From NCBI GenBank assembly GCA_001771545.1, contig MEUC01000011.1, positions 10,071-74,070 on the forward strand: a stretch of DNA of 64,000 bases, read 5' to 3'. Positions 42,174 to 51,909 of this stretch are shown here, one piece after another. Made by a program: the position numbers and the translations under genes. The notes under the pieces are model-generated. The model made no database searches, had not been told where the DNA came from, and saw only the letters and a list, made by a program, of their open reading frames with translations. The stretch is from a candidate division WOR-1 bacterium RIFOXYB2_FULL_42_35. Its GTDB lineage: Bacteria > Margulisbacteria > WOR-1 > O2-12-FULL-45-9. Position 1 is the stretch's first letter. The number at the start of each line of letters is the position of its first letter.

Positions 42174-45100
42174 GAAACCTATTTAAATACTTTATTGAAC
42201 ATCCCAAATTAGTTAACCTCTTCCTTGTACTGGTCATTATTATGGGCAGTCTCTCTTTTATTAATCTTAAACGTGACAGCATCCCTAACGTTGATTTCAA
42301 GATGATGTTTGTCAGCACAATTTATCCCGGAGCCGCACCAGAAGACGTAGAAATCAATGTCACGATTCCCATCGAAGAACAAATCCAAAGGGTAACCGGT
42401 ATTAAAGATTTGCAATCGTTTTCAACAGAAAACATCTCCACAATTTTTATTGAAATTGACCCGGACGCCAAAGATGTGGAAGAGGTTAAGCGTGATATTT
42501 ACAAAGCTGTTGATCGTGTTGCTAATTTGCCGCCGCAAGTCAAAGATAAGCCCTTGGTCATTGAGCTAAAATCAGAGGTCTTTCCTGTCTTTGAAATTGC
42601 GGTTTCCGGCAACGGCAATACCTCTGAATTAAATCTAAGAAAATATGTTGATATTTTGGATAAAAAAATCCGGCTTCTAGCCGGAGTAAGCGGCACAAAA
42701 TTAGTCGGCTACCGCAAACGGGAGATCAGAGTCGAAGTTGACCCGCAAAAGCTGGAAGATCAATATGTTTCGCTGGCCGAAGCTATGGCTGCAATTAAAG
42801 CTACTAATGTACGCCTAAGCGGTGGCACCATCCAATCTTTAGCTGCTAAGAAAAAAGTTATTACCCTGTCCCAATTTGATAATCCCCTTGAGGTAAAAGA
42901 GGTAATAGTCCGCTCGGCCTTTTCCGGTCAACGTTTAATTATAAAAGACCTTGCCAAAGTTTCCGACAGTTTTGAAGACGAATCTAGATTAATTAAAACT
43001 AACGGCAATAAGTGCATTAATATAGTAGTGGATAAAAAAGCGACTGCCGATGCCGTTAAAGTTGCCGGTTCAGTCTCACAACTGCTAAAAAAATTCAACC
43101 AGGACTTGCCTCAAGGCATCAAGGCCCAAGTTGTTAAAGATTATTCTGTTTACGTAAAAACAATGCTTAGCGTAGTTATCTCCAATGCCTTATTTGGTTT
43201 TTTTCTGGTTGTCATCTGCTTAATGATTTTCCTGGATATCCGGGTCGCCTTTTGGACGGCGATGGGTATTCCCTTTTCTCTGCTGGTGGCTTTTTATTTT
43301 ATGCCGATTTATGATGTCGCCGTCACCACCCAGGCACTACTCGCTTTTGTAATTGTTTTGGGTATGCTGGTAGATGATGCCATTGTGGTGGCTGAACATA
43401 TTTTTTCCTATCGGGAAGAAGGCCTAGATGCCGTGGAAGCTTCTTTACGAGGAGTCAGCGAAGTCTTTTGGCCGGTCTGCGCTACAGTTGCTACCACCAT
43501 TGCCGCTTTCCTGCCTATTTTACTGATGGGCGGTATTTGGGGTGATTTTATTAGGGCCATACCGATTGTTATTACCGTTACTCTTTTGGCCTCACTGTTT
43601 GAAGCCGCCTTTATCCTGCCGGCACATTTAGCCGGCACCAAGCTAAAACAAAAAGGCAAGCCAAAACTTCTGGTCTTTTTAGAAAATTGGTATCGCCGTA
43701 ATCTCATTAGAGTTTTAAAGAAAAAAAATCTCTTTATCGGGCTTTTTATTTTAATCTTTATTTTTTGCACCGCTGTTATTCTTCCCAAACTTGGGTTTGT
43801 GCTTTTTCCTTCTTCAGACAATGATGTTGTTCAAATCAAGATTGAAACCCCTAAAGGGACCCCTCTTTATGAAACCGAGCATCGGGTAACTGAAATAGAA
43901 AAAATCATTACAGCAACAGTCCCTGAAAATATATTAGCGAGCTATGTTACCACTATTGGCGAAAAAGGGACTGATATGTGGGACACTGTTTCCGGCATGA
44001 CACAAGACCATTGGGCCAGGATAGCAGTTAATCTTATTCCAGCCCAAAAAAGGAAAATCTCGGCAAAAAATCTAGCCCAGCAGCTGCAGGTTAAACTAGA
44101 AAAACTTAAACAGTCTGACAAATTTACTGACGTTGCTGTAATTGCCCTGCGCGGCGGCCCGCCTAGCGGCAGCCCAATTGACCTGACTTTTATTGGCAAT
44201 AACGATGAGATCAGAACCAATTTAGCCGATGAATTGGTCACCTTCCTAAAAAATACCGATGGGGTTTATGATCTTGATCGCAATGACGAAAAAGGCTTAA
44301 AAGAGCTCAACATTAAACTTAATTACAATTTGATGTCTGATCTAGGCATCACAGCCCTTGATGTGGCTCAAGTAGTAAGGGCGGCAATTGCCGGCACAGT
44401 TGTAACCTCTATCCGCAAAGAAGGCGAAGAAATTGATTTCAGAGTAATGCTAGCAGAACCGTACCGCAACAACCCCGAATATATCAAAGAATTAACAATT
44501 CCCAACCGTTTCGGTAAACTAATCAGCTTAGGCAGCTTTATCCGCTTTGAGGAAAAGATCTCTGCCCTGGGCATTCCCCATATGCAAGGAGATCGCTCGG
44601 TTAAGATCACCGCTGAAATAGATCAGAAAAAACTAAACTCCAAGGAATTTAATCTGGTTTTAAAAAATAAATTTGCGCCCCTGGCCTTAAAATATCCCGG
44701 TTTTAGGCTGGAGTTTGGCGGCGAAGAAAAGATCGCCAATGATTCATTGTCTAGATTTTTTCGCTCTATGATTATTGCCCTGGTAGTAATCTATATTATC
44801 CTGGTGGTATTGTTTAACTCTTTTACCGAGCCAATGATCGTAATGACAGCCATTCCCTTTGGTCTGGTGGGAGTGATTTTGGCTTTTGCTCTACATCGCG
44901 AACCGTTAAGCTTTTTAGCCTTGATCGGGATTCTGGGCTTATCGGGTGTAGTTGTTAATAATTCCCTGGTTATGCTCGAATTTTTAAACAATGAAGAAGA
45001 AAGGGTTTGTGATCAGGGAGAAAAATTAACCCTAGAACATATTGCTGATGCAGCTAAATTAAGATTTAGGCCAATCATCCTAACAACCGTTACAACTGTG

Positions 45101-45283
45101 GCTGGCATAATCCCTTCTCTCTATGGTTTCCTTGGCGGCCGGGTAGACTTTTTGTTCCCCCTACTGCTAGCTTTAAGCTGGGGACTGCTCTTTTCCACCT
45201 TTATCACGCTGTTTTTGATCCCGTGTTTTTATCTGGTGGAAAAAGATGTCACTTGTTGGCTGTCTAGCAAATTAAAAAAATAA
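42170..45283 (+). CDS. RND efflux permease (AcrB family)
   Basis: GMLVDDAIVVAE, GVVVNNS and RFRPIILTT motifs; 1037 aa. Confidence 0.96.
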   Translation: MRNLFKYFIEHPKLVNLFLVLVIIMGSLSFINLKRDSIPNVDFKMMFVSTIYPGAAPEDVEINVTIPIEEQIQRVTGIKDLQSFSTENISTIFIEIDPDAKDVEEVKRDIYKAVDRVANLPPQVKDKPLVIELKSEVFPVFEIAVSGNGNTSELNLRKYVDILDKKIRLLAGVSGTKLVGYRKREIRVEVDPQKLEDQYVSLAEAMAAIKATNVRLSGGTIQSLAAKKKVITLSQFDNPLEVKEVIVRSAFSGQRLIIKDLAKVSDSFEDESRLIKTNGNKCINIVVDKKATADAVKVAGSVSQLLKKFNQDLPQGIKAQVVKDYSVYVKTMLSVVISNALFGFFLVVICLMIFLDIRVAFWTAMGIPFSLLVAFYFMPIYDVAVTTQALLAFVIVLGMLVDDAIVVAEHIFSYREEGLDAVEASLRGVSEVFWPVCATVATTIAAFLPILLMGGIWGDFIRAIPIVITVTLLASLFEAAFILPAHLAGTKLKQKGKPKLLVFLENWYRRNLIRVLKKKNLFIGLFILIFIFCTAVILPKLGFVLFPSSDNDVVQIKIETPKGTPLYETEHRVTEIEKIITATVPENILASYVTTIGEKGTDMWDTVSGMTQDHWARIAVNLIPAQKRKISAKNLAQQLQVKLEKLKQSDKFTDVAVIALRGGPPSGSPIDLTFIGNNDEIRTNLADELVTFLKNTDGVYDLDRNDEKGLKELNIKLNYNLMSDLGITALDVAQVVRAAIAGTVVTSIRKEGEEIDFRVMLAEPYRNNPEYIKELTIPNRFGKLISLGSFIRFEEKISALGIPHMQGDRSVKITAEIDQKKLNSKEFNLVLKNKFAPLALKYPGFRLEFGGEEKIANDSLSRFFRSMIIALVVIYIILVVLFNSFTEPMIVMTAIPFGLVGVILAFALHREPLSFLALIGILGLSGVVVNNSLVMLEFLNNEEERVCDQGEKLTLEHIADAAKLRFRPIILTTVTTVAGIIPSLYGFLGGRVDFLFPLLLALSWGLLFSTFITLFLIPCFYLVEKDVTCWLSSKLKK

Positions 45284-45307
45284 ATGGTAATATAAATACC
45301 TTCATAT

Positions 45308-45382
45308 GGCGGCCTTGGTGTAGTGGCAACACAACAGATTGTGATTCTGTCGTTGCGGGTTCAATTCCCGCAGGCCGCCCCA
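45308..45382 (+). tRNA. tRNA-His(GTG)
   Basis: G-1, acceptor GCGGCCT/AGGCCGC, anticodon arm ACAGA-TTGTGAT-TCTGT, discriminator C, encoded CCA. Confidence 0.96.
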
Positions 45383-45383
45383 G

Positions 45384-45461
45384 GGTTAGAAAGTAGATAG
45401 TGGATATTAGAAATTAGGAATGAAAAACACTATCCTATTTTCTACACTCTACGCTCCACTT
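45384..45461. repeat. inverted degenerate heptamer array (xxTAGAx / xTCTAxx)
   Basis: gttagaaagtagatagtggatattagaaattagg ... ctatcctattttctacactctacgctccac. Confidence 0.65.
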
Positions 45462-45462
45462 T

Positions 45463-46101
45463 TTACTTCACTAAATTAATTCTCCAGGGCAAAGATCTTC
45501 TTACTATTTCTTCCAGACTTTTATTCCCTTTTATTTCCGATGTTGGCTGGGGCATCTCTTTTAACCTATTATTTTCTGGCCCAACATTTAGATCATCAAG
45601 GTCTGGTGGCAAAACTCTTATGACTGGCTCAGCTTCTCTTTTTACCGGTTGCCATTTTATAGGAAGCTTAATATCAGGTAAACTTGCTGTTTGCTCTGGG
45701 TATGCTTTTAAATCATCTGGGTCTGCAGGCAAAGCTCTTATGACTGGTTCTTCAAGGGCTTCTGGGTTCGCTGGTATAGCCCTAAATACCGGTTCTTGCT
45801 CATCCGGGTTTTCTGGCAAAGCTGGCAAAGCTCTTATGACTGGTTCTTCAAGGTCTTCTGAGTTCGCTGGTATAGCCCTAAATACCGGTTCTTTAAGCTC
45901 ATACGGGTTTTCTGGCAAAGCTGGCAAAGCCCTTATAACAGGTTCTTTTCCCACCAGAGAGACAAAGTCCTGGAAATCCTCCCCACTAATTCCTGGGTTT
46001 TCTGATTGGCAAGTTTTTCCATCCTTATTCTTATCCAAAGCCTTTACTGCCTTTTTGAAACCAGGCTTAACATCACCCGTATTTATACATAAATCTCCCA
46101 T
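45463..46101 (-). CDS. orphan protein with EF-hand leader and EPV(I/F)RA(L/I)PA tandem repeats
   Basis: DKNKDGKTCQSE loop; about 6 repeat units; SD AGGAG. Confidence 0.75.
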   Translation of the reverse strand: MGDLCINTGDVKPGFKKAVKALDKNKDGKTCQSENPGISGEDFQDFVSLVGKEPVIRALPALPENPYELKEPVFRAIPANSEDLEEPVIRALPALPENPDEQEPVFRAIPANPEALEEPVIRALPADPDDLKAYPEQTASLPDIKLPIKWQPVKREAEPVIRVLPPDLDDLNVGPENNRLKEMPQPTSEIKGNKSLEEIVRRSLPWRINLVK

Positions 46102-46183
46102 ATCATTCTCCTTTTGGTATTAGTTGCGCTTCTACTATATATATCGAAAGAAGACCGATAAAACTTGTGTTAAATTACTATCC

Positions 46184-46846
46184 TTAGAAGCTTAAAAATC
46201 TAGTTCCACCATAGGGATCGGATTTCTTGGGAACAGACGAAGGCAGAGGCGCAGGCTGAGGAGAAGGTGAAGCAGAAGGCAAAGGAGGAACAGGCCTTGC
46301 TATCGGTTGAGCAACTGGTCGGGCAACTGGTTTTGGAGCTTCAACAACAGTGTTTTTTTGGAAATTAGCCATGGGAAACATCGGCTTTTGGATTAAAATT
46401 GATTTCTGTGTTTGCGGCTTGGGTTGAAGATCTTTTGCTTCCGCTAAATAAACCACATCTTGTTCCCGCACTTTATGTTTAACCTTGATCCCAACCTCAT
46501 CGCCTTTTTTAGCTTTCAAAACACTTTCATGTTCGATTTGAATTGAATCAATTCTTTGGATAAAATCTGTCTTGTGACCTTTAATTAGAATAATATCGCC
46601 AACTTTTAGCGGGGCTTTAAGCTTGAAAGCAGCTACTGAGATTTTACCAAAGTAGTGTTCAATCTTGGCAATAACCCGAGGACCTTTGATTTTTTTTACG
46701 GTTTTCTTTCTATTGACACTCTTTTTAACTTTCTTACTGGTTAGTTTTTTTGGTTTCTTAGACTTCTTTTTCCCCTTAACCTTAGTCCTTCCCTCTTTCT
46801 TAGTCTTCGCCTTTGCCCTTAGCCTCTTTATTTTCTTCTTCACCAT
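46184..46846 (-). CDS. Lys-rich N-terminus + translation-factor-like beta-barrel + Pro-rich tail
   Basis: HYFGKISVA..LKVGD.I.IKGHKTDF.Q...SIQIEH..V..AKKGDEVGIKV motif; start MVKKK with SD GGGAG. Confidence 0.8.
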   Translation of the reverse strand: MVKKKIKRLRAKAKTKKEGRTKVKGKKKSKKPKKLTSKKVKKSVNRKKTVKKIKGPRVIAKIEHYFGKISVAAFKLKAPLKVGDIILIKGHKTDFIQRIDSIQIEHESVLKAKKGDEVGIKVKHKVREQDVVYLAEAKDLQPKPQTQKSILIQKPMFPMANFQKNTVVEAPKPVARPVAQPIARPVPPLPSASPSPQPAPLPSSVPKKSDPYGGTRFLSF

Positions 46847-46857
46847 CGCTCCCACTC

Positions 46858-48003
46858 CTAAACCATAATAATTTTAGCCGGCGGAAACCCGTTAAAACCC
46901 GGAACCGCACTAGCACACGAGTAAGCCCCGATATTTTTAACGTAAACAATATTGCCAACCTCCAACTCCGGTAAATCTTCACTAATGGAAATAGTGTCAA
47001 AAGAATCACAAGTTGGGCCAGCCAAAGTACTTAAAAATTTCTGGCCGCGCCTTAAAGTCTTAAACTCATAACGACAATGATCAAAAACAATCCCGGAAAA
47101 ATCGGCATAAACACCATCATTGAGATAATAATAGTTTTTATTGTTGCGAAAAGTTCTACCCACAACTTGCGTAATCAGGGTGCCGGCTAACCCGGCAAAA
47201 AATCGCCCCGGCTCGGCAATAAAGTTCGTATCCTTGGCAAACAAACGGCGTAGCTTTTTTCGTAAATGTTTGGCCATGTCCTTAAAGGTAATATGGTTAT
47301 CACTGTCAAAATGACGAATCGGAAAACCACCGCCAATATCAAGGGTGTCTAATTTTAAACCGTAACGCTCTGCCTCATTAAATATGGCGGCTGAAACCTC
47401 CAAAGCCTGTAAGTAATTCTCCACATTAGTACACTGCGAACCAACATGAAAAGAGACCCCGGCCGGCTTTAAACCCAAGGACTTAGCCTTGCGTAACAGA
47501 AAGACCGACTGATCAGGGTCAGCGCCAAACTTAAGGGATAATTCAACCGTACTGCCAATATTACTAACCTTAATACGCACCAAAACCCCGGCTCCGGGAC
47601 AATACTTGGCAATCTTATAAAGTTCCGGTTCATTGTCAAAGGTCATAAAGCGGACTTTCTTTTTATAAGCCTCGGCAATATCCCGGTTAGACTTTATCGT
47701 ATTAGCAAAAATCACCTTATCAGGAGAGGCTCCCAAAGAAAGAACCTGATTCATCTCCACAGCACTAGCCACATCAAAACCAGCTCCAAGCTTCACAAAG
47801 GTTTTAATAATTTCCGGATGGGGATTAGCCTTAATGGCATAATAAGGGGTGACGTCAGGAAGATATCTGGTAAAACGCTCATATTGCTGACGCAGGGCTT
47901 CACGATTAATTAACATTAACGGGGAACCGTATTTCTTAACGGCATTGCGGATAGTTTTTTCTAAACCGCCGCGACCAGAAGCTTTAGCACCTTTAGTGGT
48001 CAT
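46858..48003 (-). CDS. ornithine/lysine decarboxylase (PLP fold III)
   Basis: YAIKAN, SFHVGSQ, DIGGG, EPGR and GPTCDSFD motifs. Confidence 0.93.
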   Translation of the reverse strand: MTTKGAKASGRGGLEKTIRNAVKKYGSPLMLINREALRQQYERFTRYLPDVTPYYAIKANPHPEIIKTFVKLGAGFDVASAVEMNQVLSLGASPDKVIFANTIKSNRDIAEAYKKKVRFMTFDNEPELYKIAKYCPGAGVLVRIKVSNIGSTVELSLKFGADPDQSVFLLRKAKSLGLKPAGVSFHVGSQCTNVENYLQALEVSAAIFNEAERYGLKLDTLDIGGGFPIRHFDSDNHITFKDMAKHLRKKLRRLFAKDTNFIAEPGRFFAGLAGTLITQVVGRTFRNNKNYYYLNDGVYADFSGIVFDHCRYEFKTLRRGQKFLSTLAGPTCDSFDTISISEDLPELEVGNIVYVKNIGAYSCASAVPGFNGFPPAKIIMV

Positions 48004-49535
48004 GCAAATAAATTCAAAGGCTCGCCTTTTTTGCAGGCCTCTATCATTGCCTTTGCCTCATTTTCCGGTAGTAAATCAACTTTGTTGGTTAAAAATGTAG
48101 AAAATTGCCAGACATCTTCTTCAGGCGGTCTGGGCATATCATATTTTGTAAACTTGGTGTTAAGATTTTTTAAAGGGGTCCAATCAACTGCCTTAGAAAC
48201 AAAGGGGCTAATATAAGGCATCGAAATTCTAAGTATTTCTTCAAAATCAATATCATCCGGCATACGAAAACCCATCTTAGGATTTTTAATCATCCAAATA
48301 GCAGCAGCTACAACAGAAACAGCTACTTGCATAGTAGTTGCTTGTTGATGCGGCACCAGTTTTCTGGAAGTGTGGATATCAAGAATACTGCCGCACCACC
48401 AGGAATTAAAATCATGACCCATTAAAAGCACGCCTAGTTGATCCTCCCCATCAATAATTTCGTCGTTCATAATACGTTGTTTTTCTTGTAAATGAAATTG
48501 CCGCATTTCCAGCTCGCGCAAAGAATTAATTGCCGCATTAGATGGACAATAGGCATAATGCACCGTAGGCCGATAGACTGCTTCCCCATTTTCCCAGACG
48601 GTTAAGCGATCAGAAATACTAAAGGCTTCACCATGGCGAATAACCATGCCAATAATTTCACCACAAGGCACCCAAGAACGCACTACTGTTCTCATCCCAA
48701 GAGAGCGCAGGCAAATCTGGTTTCTCGGCCCGGTCTTATGGAAGAAAGCAGTTTTGGGAATATTTCTCTCGTGAGTTCCCCAACCTAATTCTGCCGGCGC
48801 CACCCCCTCCTCATAAAAACCTTCTATACTCCAGGTATTAACGAATTCGTTAACCTGTTTGGGCCGATCTGTAATTTGGGTATCCCGCTCAGAAATATGG
48901 ATAACCTTAACCCCTTCAAGCTGCGCCAGCTTAGCAAAGTTTTTCTCACTCAAAGCATCTTCTAAACTCTTCTTGCGTGGATCATGAGGTTTTTCTTGTA
49001 AGATTTTATTAGCAATCCCAATTAAAGCATGTTTTGTGAAATGTGACACCAAGCCAGGATTAGCACCATGGTCAACAACTGCCGAAGTCCCCTTATTATC
49101 ACCCCAACGCTTGACCATGTCTTTAAGCTGCATATGACGTTGATACAAGGTATATCTGGTGGGATCATTGCGTTCTTCATCTTTATAGGGATTCCATTCT
49201 TCCACGGAAGTATTAACATATAAAATTTGATTGTTGCGGCAATAAGTTAGCATTGACTCGCAATCAATGTTCCAGGCCAAATCAACAATTAGATCACCAG
49301 CCCCAACATATTTTTTTAAAAGTTCCTTGTAATTATCTTTGGTAACTTTATCATTAACATAGGTAACCCCTTTAGCAAGAGAATCTTTAACGCGGGCTCG
49401 ATTATCAACAAAATCCATAATAGTGATATTTTGAGGGGGAACATCGATTAATTGCAAGACAATGGGTACCGCACATTGCGAAACAGAACCACAACCAATG
49501 ATCAGGATCTTACCGGGAAATTTGACATGCTTCAT
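48000..49535 (-). CDS. hss: homospermidine synthase
   Basis: GCGSV, HGANPGLVSHF, HISERDTQ, EFVNTWSIEG, HGEA and YRPTVHYAY motifs. Confidence 0.95.
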   Translation of the reverse strand: MKHVKFPGKILIIGCGSVSQCAVPIVLQLIDVPPQNITIMDFVDNRARVKDSLAKGVTYVNDKVTKDNYKELLKKYVGAGDLIVDLAWNIDCESMLTYCRNNQILYVNTSVEEWNPYKDEERNDPTRYTLYQRHMQLKDMVKRWGDNKGTSAVVDHGANPGLVSHFTKHALIGIANKILQEKPHDPRKKSLEDALSEKNFAKLAQLEGVKVIHISERDTQITDRPKQVNEFVNTWSIEGFYEEGVAPAELGWGTHERNIPKTAFFHKTGPRNQICLRSLGMRTVVRSWVPCGEIIGMVIRHGEAFSISDRLTVWENGEAVYRPTVHYAYCPSNAAINSLRELEMRQFHLQEKQRIMNDEIIDGEDQLGVLLMGHDFNSWWCGSILDIHTSRKLVPHQQATTMQVAVSVVAAAIWMIKNPKMGFRMPDDIDFEEILRISMPYISPFVSKAVDWTPLKNLNTKFTKYDMPRPPEEDVWQFSTFLTNKVDLLPENEAKAMIEACKKGEPLNLFA

Positions 49536-49644
49536 TTATCTAAAACTCCTTTTTTTAAAATACTTTTGTTTTTTTCATTGTAACAAATAAAATATTTTTT
49601 GGCAAATAATGTTGTCTAGATGTTGTATAATGGATTAACAGAAT

Positions 49645-49718
49645 GCGCCCGTAGCTCAACTGGATAGAGCGTCTGCCTTCGAAGCAGCAGGTTAGAGGTT
49701 CAAGTCCTCTCGGGCGCA
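49645..49718 (+). tRNA. tRNA-Arg(TCG), CCA not encoded
   Basis: Acceptor GCGCCCG/CGGGCGC, anticodon loop CTTCGAA, T-arm AGAGG-TTCAAGT-CCTCT; TATAAT upstream and T-run downstream. Confidence 0.93.
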
Positions 49719-49738
49719 CTTTTTTTATTAACAGTATT

Positions 49739-50575
49739 ATGTCAGCAATGTTTTTATCAGCAATATTATTCGGTTTCATGGGCTTAATGGTTAAGATCTT
49801 AAGCCAATCAATCCCTGCTGAGCTGATTGCCTTTGGCCGTTTCTTTTTTGGTCTTTTCGCCGTCTCAATCCTGGTGGTTGCCAGGCTGGTTAAATTAAAA
49901 TTCGTTAATCGCCCGCTGCTTATCTTTCGAGGAATTGTTGGCGGTTTTGCTATTCTCTGTTACTTTAAGTCTGTCAGCTTAATTCCTCTGGCAGATGCAG
50001 CTGTAATTTCTTTTTCTTACCCAATTTTTGGCACAATTTTTGCAGCAATCTTTCTTAAGGAAGAACTAAAGCCTCAAGCCTTGTTGGTCTTAATGATAGC
50101 CTTATTCGGCATGGTTTTAGTGGCTGATCCTAAATTCAGGACAATTAATATTGGTTACGTCTTTGCTTTAATTTCTTCGCTTTGTGCTGGCGCAGCAGTA
50201 ACTTCTGTTCGTCAATTAAGGAAAACAGATGACCCCTGGTCAATCTCTATTGCCCAAATGGTGGGAGGCATTATAATAGTTAGCCTGCTTAGTTTTAAGA
50301 GCCTTAGTATTCCCAACCCTAACATTCTCTTGTTGCTTGTTTTTGCTTCCTTAATTTCAACCATTGGACAATTATTATTAACTTATGCATATGAATTTTG
50401 CAGCGTGACTGTAGGGGGAACAATTTCTTTAGCGGTTGTGCCAACTACTGTTGTTTTGGCAATTGTTTTTCTGGGGGAAACTATTACCGCCTCATTCCTG
50501 GTGGGTAGCAGTATGATCTTTGGTAGTGCAATTTATTTACTTAACAGCCAAACCGAAGCCGGTTCCAAAGGTTGA
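49739..50575 (+). CDS. DMT/EamA family transporter
   Basis: 10-TM duplicated EamA pattern (FLKEE, FLGE). Confidence 0.92.
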   Translation: MSAMFLSAILFGFMGLMVKILSQSIPAELIAFGRFFFGLFAVSILVVARLVKLKFVNRPLLIFRGIVGGFAILCYFKSVSLIPLADAAVISFSYPIFGTIFAAIFLKEELKPQALLVLMIALFGMVLVADPKFRTINIGYVFALISSLCAGAAVTSVRQLRKTDDPWSISIAQMVGGIIIVSLLSFKSLSIPNPNILLLLVFASLISTIGQLLLTYAYEFCSVTVGGTISLAVVPTTVVLAIVFLGETITASFLVGSSMIFGSAIYLLNSQTEAGSKG

Positions 50576-51355
50576 TTATTTATCTAACTGCATCAAAACG
50601 TATGGGGTCCCTAGCCCACTTTCCAAGCCTTCATACTTAATCCATTCTGCTGGTTTGGAATCAGAATACCAAAAATAGATCTTAGGCAAGAAAGCCCCAA
50701 CAAAGCCCAAAGCTCCCAAATTAACAGTGAGTTCAACCTTATGACAGTCGAACTCACCTGCAGGAACAGTGACTTTTTCTTGATCACGATAAATTAGCGT
50801 ATTGGAATAAATTTTTGGCTCATCGGAAAGGTAATGAAAAGCAAAGTCTTGTTTGCGCTGAAAATCATAGCCCTGTATTGCCAAGCCTAAGATATATTTA
50901 TCCACAACATCATTTTCAAATTTAAAGATTTGCTTCTCGATTTTATTATTAACTTTGTCTTCGCGCCTAAAATAAATATTCTTATCCTCATCATCATACT
51001 GTAATATCTCTACCTTAAGCAGTTTGCCCTGATTGGAGAAGACTCTTTTCTCCGAATAATAGGGCCTAAGAGACGGCTCTAGATAATAGTAGCCGGTAAC
51101 TTCCCATTTAAGGGGGACTTTTGACCCGCCGTATTTACCCTGACCTTTTTCCGAATAGCGAATATATTTTTGACCATCTTCAGTTGCCAACTGATATTGG
51201 ATCTCCGACTGCCACAGTATTTTTCCAGACTCCTTATCTAGGGTGATGATTTTGTTTTTGATTAACTGAGGAATTTCCGGCAGTTTAAAATTTTCGGCAC
51301 TAACACTTATTGAAAAAAACAATAAACCCAGCATTACAACAATTATCTTTTTCAT
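50576..51355 (-). CDS. secreted protein, DUF3108-like
   Basis: Signal peptide; EKVTVPAGEFDCHKV motif. Confidence 0.7.
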   Translation of the reverse strand: MKKIIVVMLGLLFFSISVSAENFKLPEIPQLIKNKIITLDKESGKILWQSEIQYQLATEDGQKYIRYSEKGQGKYGGSKVPLKWEVTGYYYLEPSLRPYYSEKRVFSNQGKLLKVEILQYDDEDKNIYFRREDKVNNKIEKQIFKFENDVVDKYILGLAIQGYDFQRKQDFAFHYLSDEPKIYSNTLIYRDQEKVTVPAGEFDCHKVELTVNLGALGFVGAFLPKIYFWYSDSKPAEWIKYEGLESGLGTPYVLMQLDK

Positions 51356-51909
51356 AAGAGCTCCTTCAATTTCTTTAAGGCCCTACCCCTGTGACTCAAA
51401 CGATTTTTCATCACCGGACTCATCTCGGCAAAAGTTTTCTTGTAACCTTGGGGAACAAAAACGGGATCATAGCCAAAACCACGCTCGCCCCTCATTTCGT
51501 GGATGATCTTCCCCTTACAAATCCCTTTGACTGTTTTGACTTCACCATTTGGATAAACTATCGCTATCACGCAAACGAATTGAGCTATTCGCATTACTTC
51601 ATTCACATTACTCATTACTCTCAAAAGTTTTGTGCAGAGTTTCTCCGGGGTTGGATTTGGTCCGGCAAAGCGAGCGGATTTAATCCCTGGTTTACCATTA
51701 AGGGCTTTAACTTCTAGCCCGGAATCATCGGCAATGGCAATTTGACCAGGCTTTAATTTAATGGCCTTGGCTTTTTTAATCGCATTGGCTTCGAATGTTT
51801 TTCCGTTCTCATGAACTCGCAATTCGCAACCGGTAACCCGTAACTTGAGAATTTGTTTAACTTCGCGGAGTTTGTGTTTATTGCCCGTAGCAACCAGAAT
51901 TTGCATCAT
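51352..51909 (-). CDS. rdgB: non-canonical purine NTP pyrophosphatase (RdgB/HAM1)
   Basis: ATGNKHK, ADDSGL, PGIKSAR, GFGYDP and SHRG motifs. Confidence 0.96.
   Translation of the reverse strand: MMQILVATGNKHKLREVKQILKLRVTGCELRVHENGKTFEANAIKKAKAIKLKPGQIAIADDSGLEVKALNGKPGIKSARFAGPNPTPEKLCTKLLRVMSNVNEVMRIAQFVCVIAIVYPNGEVKTVKGICKGKIIHEMRGERGFGYDPVFVPQGYKKTFAEMSPVMKNRLSHRGRALKKLKELL

Noticed and set aside
45620-46123. 167-aa plus-strand repetitive ORF
   Set aside because: Antisense shadow of the repeat gene, which has the SD and the EF-hand leader.
46140-46170. Sigma28-like CGATA promoter motif shared by orphan genes
   Set aside because: Matches upstream of 17236 and 24623 are too degenerate to support by eye.
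45308-49718. Genomic island bounded by the two tRNAs
   Set aside because: No integrase and no duplicated tRNA 3' end; the content (hss, decarboxylase) looks like resident metabolism.
49555-49779. 74-aa minus-strand ORF
   Set aside because: It is the antisense reading of tRNA-Arg (RPRGLEPLT is a typical tRNA shadow).
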